A stretch of 8,042 nt of DNA from a virus. Of the stretch, positions 5,548 through 8,042 are shown in pieces. Each line of letters starts with the position of its first letter. Positions within the stretch are counted from its first letter, which is position 1. Both the position numbers and the translations under genes were made by a program. The notes below the pieces were generated by a model that had not been told where the DNA came from, did not search any database, and saw only the letters and a list, made by a program, of their open reading frames with translations. Where the stretch lies: UHGV virus genome UHGV-0209291; one strand, written 5' to 3'.

Positions 5548-6283
5548 CCGTTTTATCCTCTATCGCTTCAACTACGGGCCCGCCACAGGCGGGGGCCCTT
5601 CGTTTCCGCTTGATGAATGGTGTGTATGTAAATTGACCTTCTGGAAGATAGGGAGGGTCAAACGAATTAAAGTATTTTATATACTTTGGCAGATAAGTAA
5701 TACGGATGGAGCCGGCCCAGAACAGAAGCAGACTCTCAAAATGTATATCATCCACAAGTTTAGATTCACCAGCCTGGTTAGAATCTGCATGGGTAATCGT
5801 GGGAGACTTGGCAATACCCCTGGCAACTGAAAATGCATTAAAGACATTAGTCGCTAAATACATACGGTCCGTAAGGTCCCTAAGTTTCTTATCAACATCA
5901 AAACTCTGGGAAAATAGATAAACCGTATGACGGTATTTCCGTTGGAAACGGAAATAGTCAAAGGTCTTTTTCTGGAAATTCTTAAAATCACGGTTATCCC
6001 AATACCTGGAAGCCTCGTCAACCATAATGATTGCGTTTTCAGGAAAACCGACAGAACCCAACATTTCAGGCTCAAAGTAATATGTACCAGGAATGTCAGG
6101 AGCATTGCAGAACACAGGCCGTTTCCGCTTGTTATACTTCAAAGACAGTTTGACCATTAACGTGGTTTTACCAGAGCCCTTTTTACCTATGACCATGATT
6201 AATTTATAGGGATTGCGATAGCGGATTAAATGGTACCCAATGAAAAGAATAAGAAACAGGATAATCAAAACGAAAAACACCAT
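5519..6283 (-). CDS. Zot / filamentous-phage pI-like P-loop NTPase (assembly ATPase), 254 aa from the preferred start; N-terminal TM anchor.
   Basis: Walker A VIGKKGSGKTT. Walker B plus downstream IIMVDEASRYWDNR (compare V. cholerae Zot FLFIDECGRIWPPR). A YFRFQRKYRHTVYLFSQ block. AGGAGGA SD 8 nt upstream of ATG 6283. The ORF-track start 6331 lacks an SD. N-terminal TM VFFVLIILFLILFIGYHLI. Confidence 0.85.
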   Translation of the reverse strand: MVFFVLIILFLILFIGYHLIRYRNPYKLIMVIGKKGSGKTTLMVKLSLKYNKRKRPVFCNAPDIPGTYYFEPEMLGSVGFPENAIIMVDEASRYWDNRDFKNFQKKTFDYFRFQRKYRHTVYLFSQSFDVDKKLRDLTDRMYLATNVFNAFSVARGIAKSPTITHADSNQAGESKLVDDIHFESLLLFWAGSIRITYLPKYIKYFNSFDPPYLPEGQFTYTPFIKRKRRAPACGGPVVEAIEDKTDDDFGPPSN

Positions 6284-6423
6284 GAAAATATCCTCCTGAC
6301 AAAGCGGAATACACAAAGGACAACCAGACATAAAGCAATAGGCACAAAAATAGGACTATCTATATCAAAGGCCAGGAGAGGGGAGAAGAAGAAATCCCAA
6401 AAGACCGGAAGAATCCCAAACAT
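6265..6423 (-). CDS. Small membrane protein (52 aa, two hydrophobic segments) between the coat-like gene and the Zot-like gene; candidate minor virion/assembly protein.
   Basis: ATG at 6423 with GGAGGT SD at 6-nt spacing. The ORF track extends to a GTG at 6483 with no SD. Overlaps the Zot start by 19 nt. Confidence 0.45.
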   Translation of the reverse strand: MFGILPVFWDFFFSPLLAFDIDSPIFVPIALCLVVLCVFRFVRRIFSWCFSF

Positions 6424-6482
6424 AATATACCTCCAAATATCAGACCGGGCGAAACCCGGCCTGACAAAGAAACGATAAGTCA

Positions 6483-6773
6483 CTAAAAACTGCTATAGAT
6501 ACGGGAAAGGACACCAATCACAGCACCGACAAAGAAAACAGCCAGTGACAGAAGGATGATGGGCTTGTCAAGCATCCAGGCCAGCAGGTTACCACCTTCC
6601 TGGAGGAACCAGGCGAACACCTCCGTGAAGATACTGAGCGTATCCGTAAGGGAAGCAGAACCTGCACCAGATTCAGACGCATAGGCCGGAAAAGCTGTCA
6701 TACCCATAAGGAACGGTACGGCAAAAAGGCCATACATGAACTTCTGGAACCTATTTCTTACTCTCTGCAACAT
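6483..6773 (-). CDS. Coat-like protein precursor (96 aa) with a signal peptide and one TM; candidate major coat protein (pVIII-like).
   Basis: GGAGGTG SD at 7 nt. Positively charged n-region plus h-region ending AYA|SE. Mature part has an acidic/amphipathic N-terminus, a TM (PIILLSLAVFFVGAVIGVL) and a short C-tail with R. Confidence 0.55.
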   Translation of the reverse strand: MLQRVRNRFQKFMYGLFAVPFLMGMTAFPAYASESGAGSASLTDTLSIFTEVFAWFLQEGGNLLAWMLDKPIILLSLAVFFVGAVIGVLSRIYSSF

Positions 6774-6784
6774 AAAAACACCTC

Positions 6785-6949
6785 CTAAAATAAATTTTTA
6801 AAAAACTTTATTAACCTGCCAAGCAGGGGCAGGAGAATAACAACAGCACCTAAATAAATACCATCACCTAAAAGGAAATCAATCAGGACCTTGGCATTGA
6901 CCAGAATCCCATCATTAAAAATAGTCGAGAAATCTTCCCACATGGTCAT
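6785..6949 (-). CDS. Small coat-like protein (54 aa, MTMWEDFSTIFNDGILVNAKVLIDFLLGDGIYLGAVVILLPLLGRLIKFFKNLF), not in the ORF track.
   Basis: The start overlaps the upstream stop (TGATG). Acidic N-terminus, single TM, basic C-terminus (R, K, K). This is the Pf3-type major-coat architecture without a leader. Confidence 0.5.
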   Translation of the reverse strand: MTMWEDFSTIFNDGILVNAKVLIDFLLGDGIYLGAVVILLPLLGRLIKFFKNLF

Positions 6950-7095
6950 CAACCCCAACGCAAAATGATAAGTTTAAGCAGCTCACCGAAAAAGGAGAGG
7001 AGCCAGAGGAACAGGACAGCAGTAATGGCAATCAGAACGGGCTCAAACTGCACCGGGACCGTAATGCCTAATAACGTTTGTAATTGTTCAAACAT
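6949..7095 (-). CDS. Small coat-like protein (48 aa, MFEQLQTLLGITVPVQFEPVLIAITAVLFLWLLSFFGELLKLIILRWG), not in the ORF track.
   Basis: AGGGGGTGT lies 9 nt upstream of the ATG, the same element and spacing as upstream of the 430-aa gene. Overlaps the end of the 277-aa gene by 28 nt. Acidic N-terminus, TM, basic C-terminus. Confidence 0.45.
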   Translation of the reverse strand: MFEQLQTLLGITVPVQFEPVLIAITAVLFLWLLSFFGELLKLIILRWG

Positions 7096-7901
7096 ATGAA
7101 TAAAACACCCCCTGTCACAACAAACAACATGATATAATCCATGGTCTGGGATACGTAAAACGGATTATGGTATTTATTTACCGTAATCACACCATAGGAT
7201 GTGGAATAAGTAAGACGGCTGGAACTCCAATAATAAGTACGCATATAATTAGGACTGCCGTATTCATTCACCGTGGAAAAGTTATTGCCAAGACAGGGAG
7301 AGAGATACATCAGCTTACCCTCTGTCACCAAAGGATTAAATCCAGCATCCACGATACGGCCTGTAATATTACTGGTAGACATGTTCCAAAGACGGTCATT
7401 ACCATCTATATAAAGATTATCCACGTATTCCGGCGGAATCAGTAAAATATAATCATGGTTGTTAAAAGTAATATCAAAACGCAACACATTAACGTAAGTA
7501 TCCTCAGAGCCCTGCGCAAAGGAATCGGCATCCAGAGTGTAAGAAGCTGTATCAACCTCCTCACCGTCAGGAGAAATTTCCTCATCCTCCAAGGCATCAC
7601 TGTCAGGCCTGGTAGCATCTGAAGGAGTAGCAACAGGGCCACCCATAGAATCGCTAATAGATACAACTTCGGCAAGTATACGTTTAAGAACCTCATCATC
7701 GTTCATGTCCTCCATGGATTCATAATAAAAATCGGGCCGGTCATCAAAGGCTGAAGAAATATCATCATCATCCACAATTTCATCATCTTCCAAAACATCA
7801 TCATCTTCCAACACCTTTCCTACCTCAGAAGGAGACGCAACCGGAACAGCATAAGAAGGAAAGGAGAACAGAAGCATGAATACCATTATCAAAAGAACCA
7901 T
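7068..7901 (-). CDS. Secreted protein (277 aa from ATG 7901) with a poly-acidic segment and C-terminal TM anchor; second pIII-like / host-interaction candidate.
   Basis: GGAGAA SD 5 nt upstream of ATG 7901. The ORF-track TTG start at 7913 is less likely. Signal peptide ...FSFPSYA|VP. A D/E-rich run (VLEDDDVLEDDEIVDDDD). Beta-rich Y/S/T/N C-half and terminal anchor IMLFVVTGGVLFICL-NNYKRY. Confidence 0.7.
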   Translation of the reverse strand: MVLLIMVFMLLFSFPSYAVPVASPSEVGKVLEDDDVLEDDEIVDDDDISSAFDDRPDFYYESMEDMNDDEVLKRILAEVVSISDSMGGPVATPSDATRPDSDALEDEEISPDGEEVDTASYTLDADSFAQGSEDTYVNVLRFDITFNNHDYILLIPPEYVDNLYIDGNDRLWNMSTSNITGRIVDAGFNPLVTEGKLMYLSPCLGNNFSTVNEYGSPNYMRTYYWSSSRLTYSTSYGVITVNKYHNPFYVSQTMDYIMLFVVTGGVLFICLNNYKRY

Positions 7902-7902
7902 A

Positions 7903-8042
7903 TCATTCTCCAAACTTTACAATCACAGTACGGGCAACAATCGTAACAATAAGGATGGCAACAAGGACATTCTCCAAGGTAAAACCGCCAAGTTCCGTAT
8001 ATTGAAGAAGCCCAATCATGCCACCGAATACATCAATAACAA
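7903..8042 (-). CDS. 3' end of an ORF entering from the right edge (...VIDVFGGMIGLLQYTELGGFTLENVLVAILIVTIVARTVIVKFGE*); C-terminal TM segment, partial.
   Basis: Open frame to the window edge. Its stop TGA (7903-7905) lies 1 nt from the next ATG (7901), which suggests operon coupling. No start is visible. Confidence 0.35.
   Translation of the reverse strand, partial: VIDVFGGMIGLLQYTELGGFTLENVLVAILIVTIVARTVIVKFGE

Larger units (their letters stand above)
1..8042 (-). mobile_element. Inovirus-like (filamentous phage) prophage or replicative form; the window lies inside the element and its ends are not visible.
   Basis: Co-linear minus-strand genes: Rep_trans-like RCR initiator, gV-like ssDNA-binding protein (GKPY and GQ-YAP motifs), Zot/pI-like Walker A/B ATPase, a cluster of about 50-100 aa TM coat-like ORFs, and secreted C-terminally anchored pIII-like proteins. 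Reading frames overlap tightly and are translationally coupled (ATGA/TAAATG junctions). Confidence 0.6.

Noticed and set aside
6283-6331. Upstream ATG at 6331 as the Zot-like start (ORF-track call, adding MSGCPLCIPLCQEDIF).
   Set aside because: No SD precedes 6331. A perfect AGGAGGA lies 8 nt upstream of the in-frame ATG at 6283, so 6283 is preferred. The Cys-rich extension remains a formal alternative.
4693-6478. Plus-strand ORFs of 60-112 aa (4693-4896, 4952-5152, 5247-5429, 5492-5830, 5706-5921, 5927-6160, 6230-6478) antisense to the rep and Zot-like genes.
   Set aside because: They are entirely embedded antisense in two long, well-supported minus-strand genes. None has a convincing SD or a recognisable motif. 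They are antisense shadows of the real genes.
7167-7699. ORFs 7167-7445 (+) and 7439-7699 (-) overlapping the 277-aa secreted-protein gene.
   Set aside because: Off-frame or antisense overlaps of a gene that has a signal peptide, an SD and a consistent reading frame.
7901-7913. TTG start at 7913 for the 277-aa gene and GTG start at 6483 for the 52-aa gene (ORF-track calls).
   Set aside because: Internal ATG codons with well-spaced SDs (7901 and 6423) are more plausible. The non-ATG codons have no SD.
1-8042. CRISPR arrays, tRNA/rRNA genes, IS elements/transposase, integrase or att sites.
   Set aside because: No regularly spaced repeat-spacer array, no cloverleaf-like or rRNA-like segments, and no transposase/integrase-like ORF were seen. 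Integration junctions, if any, lie outside the window.

Overview
The window reads as the replication and morphogenesis core of an inovirus-like (filamentous, ssDNA, rolling-circle) prophage or episome. The host probably uses Shine-Dalgarno sites (AGGAGG/GGAGG motifs precede many starts) and the backbone is about 43-45% GC. Almost all genes run on the minus strand. Reading right to left: a partial TM ORF, a 277-aa secreted acidic protein, four small TM coat-like ORFs (48, 54, 96 and 52 aa), a Zot/pI-like P-loop assembly ATPase, a Rep_trans-family rolling-circle initiator, a 59-aa Cys-rich ORF, a structured intergenic region, a gV-like ssDNA-binding protein, several small hypothetical ORFs, a 430-aa secreted C-terminally anchored pIII-like protein, and a 72-aa hydrophobic pVI-like ORF. 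Between the Rep/intergenic region and the gV region sits a strongly AT-rich three-gene cassette on the opposite (plus) strand (about 2800-4260, roughly 25-30% GC). It encodes an XRE-family HTH regulator, a membrane-anchored DUF2726/Vsr-like nuclease-fold protein and an 81-aa coiled-coil protein. Upstream is a triple direct-repeat operator-like array, and downstream a GC-rich bidirectional terminator hairpin. This looks like a horizontally acquired immunity or superinfection-exclusion/defence module and is the most interesting candidate here. Other points: a perfect 12-bp hairpin with a TCTAAT loop sits exactly at the Zot-stop/Rep-start junction and may be the double-strand origin (pT181-like; position inferred from recall). 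There is a compound inverted repeat downstream of rep. Two hairpins share the core ATCCCCGGC. The element AGGGGGTGT-N9-ATG recurs upstream of virion genes. No rRNA, tRNA or CRISPR was seen. All functional calls rest on motif recognition by eye; no database search was possible.
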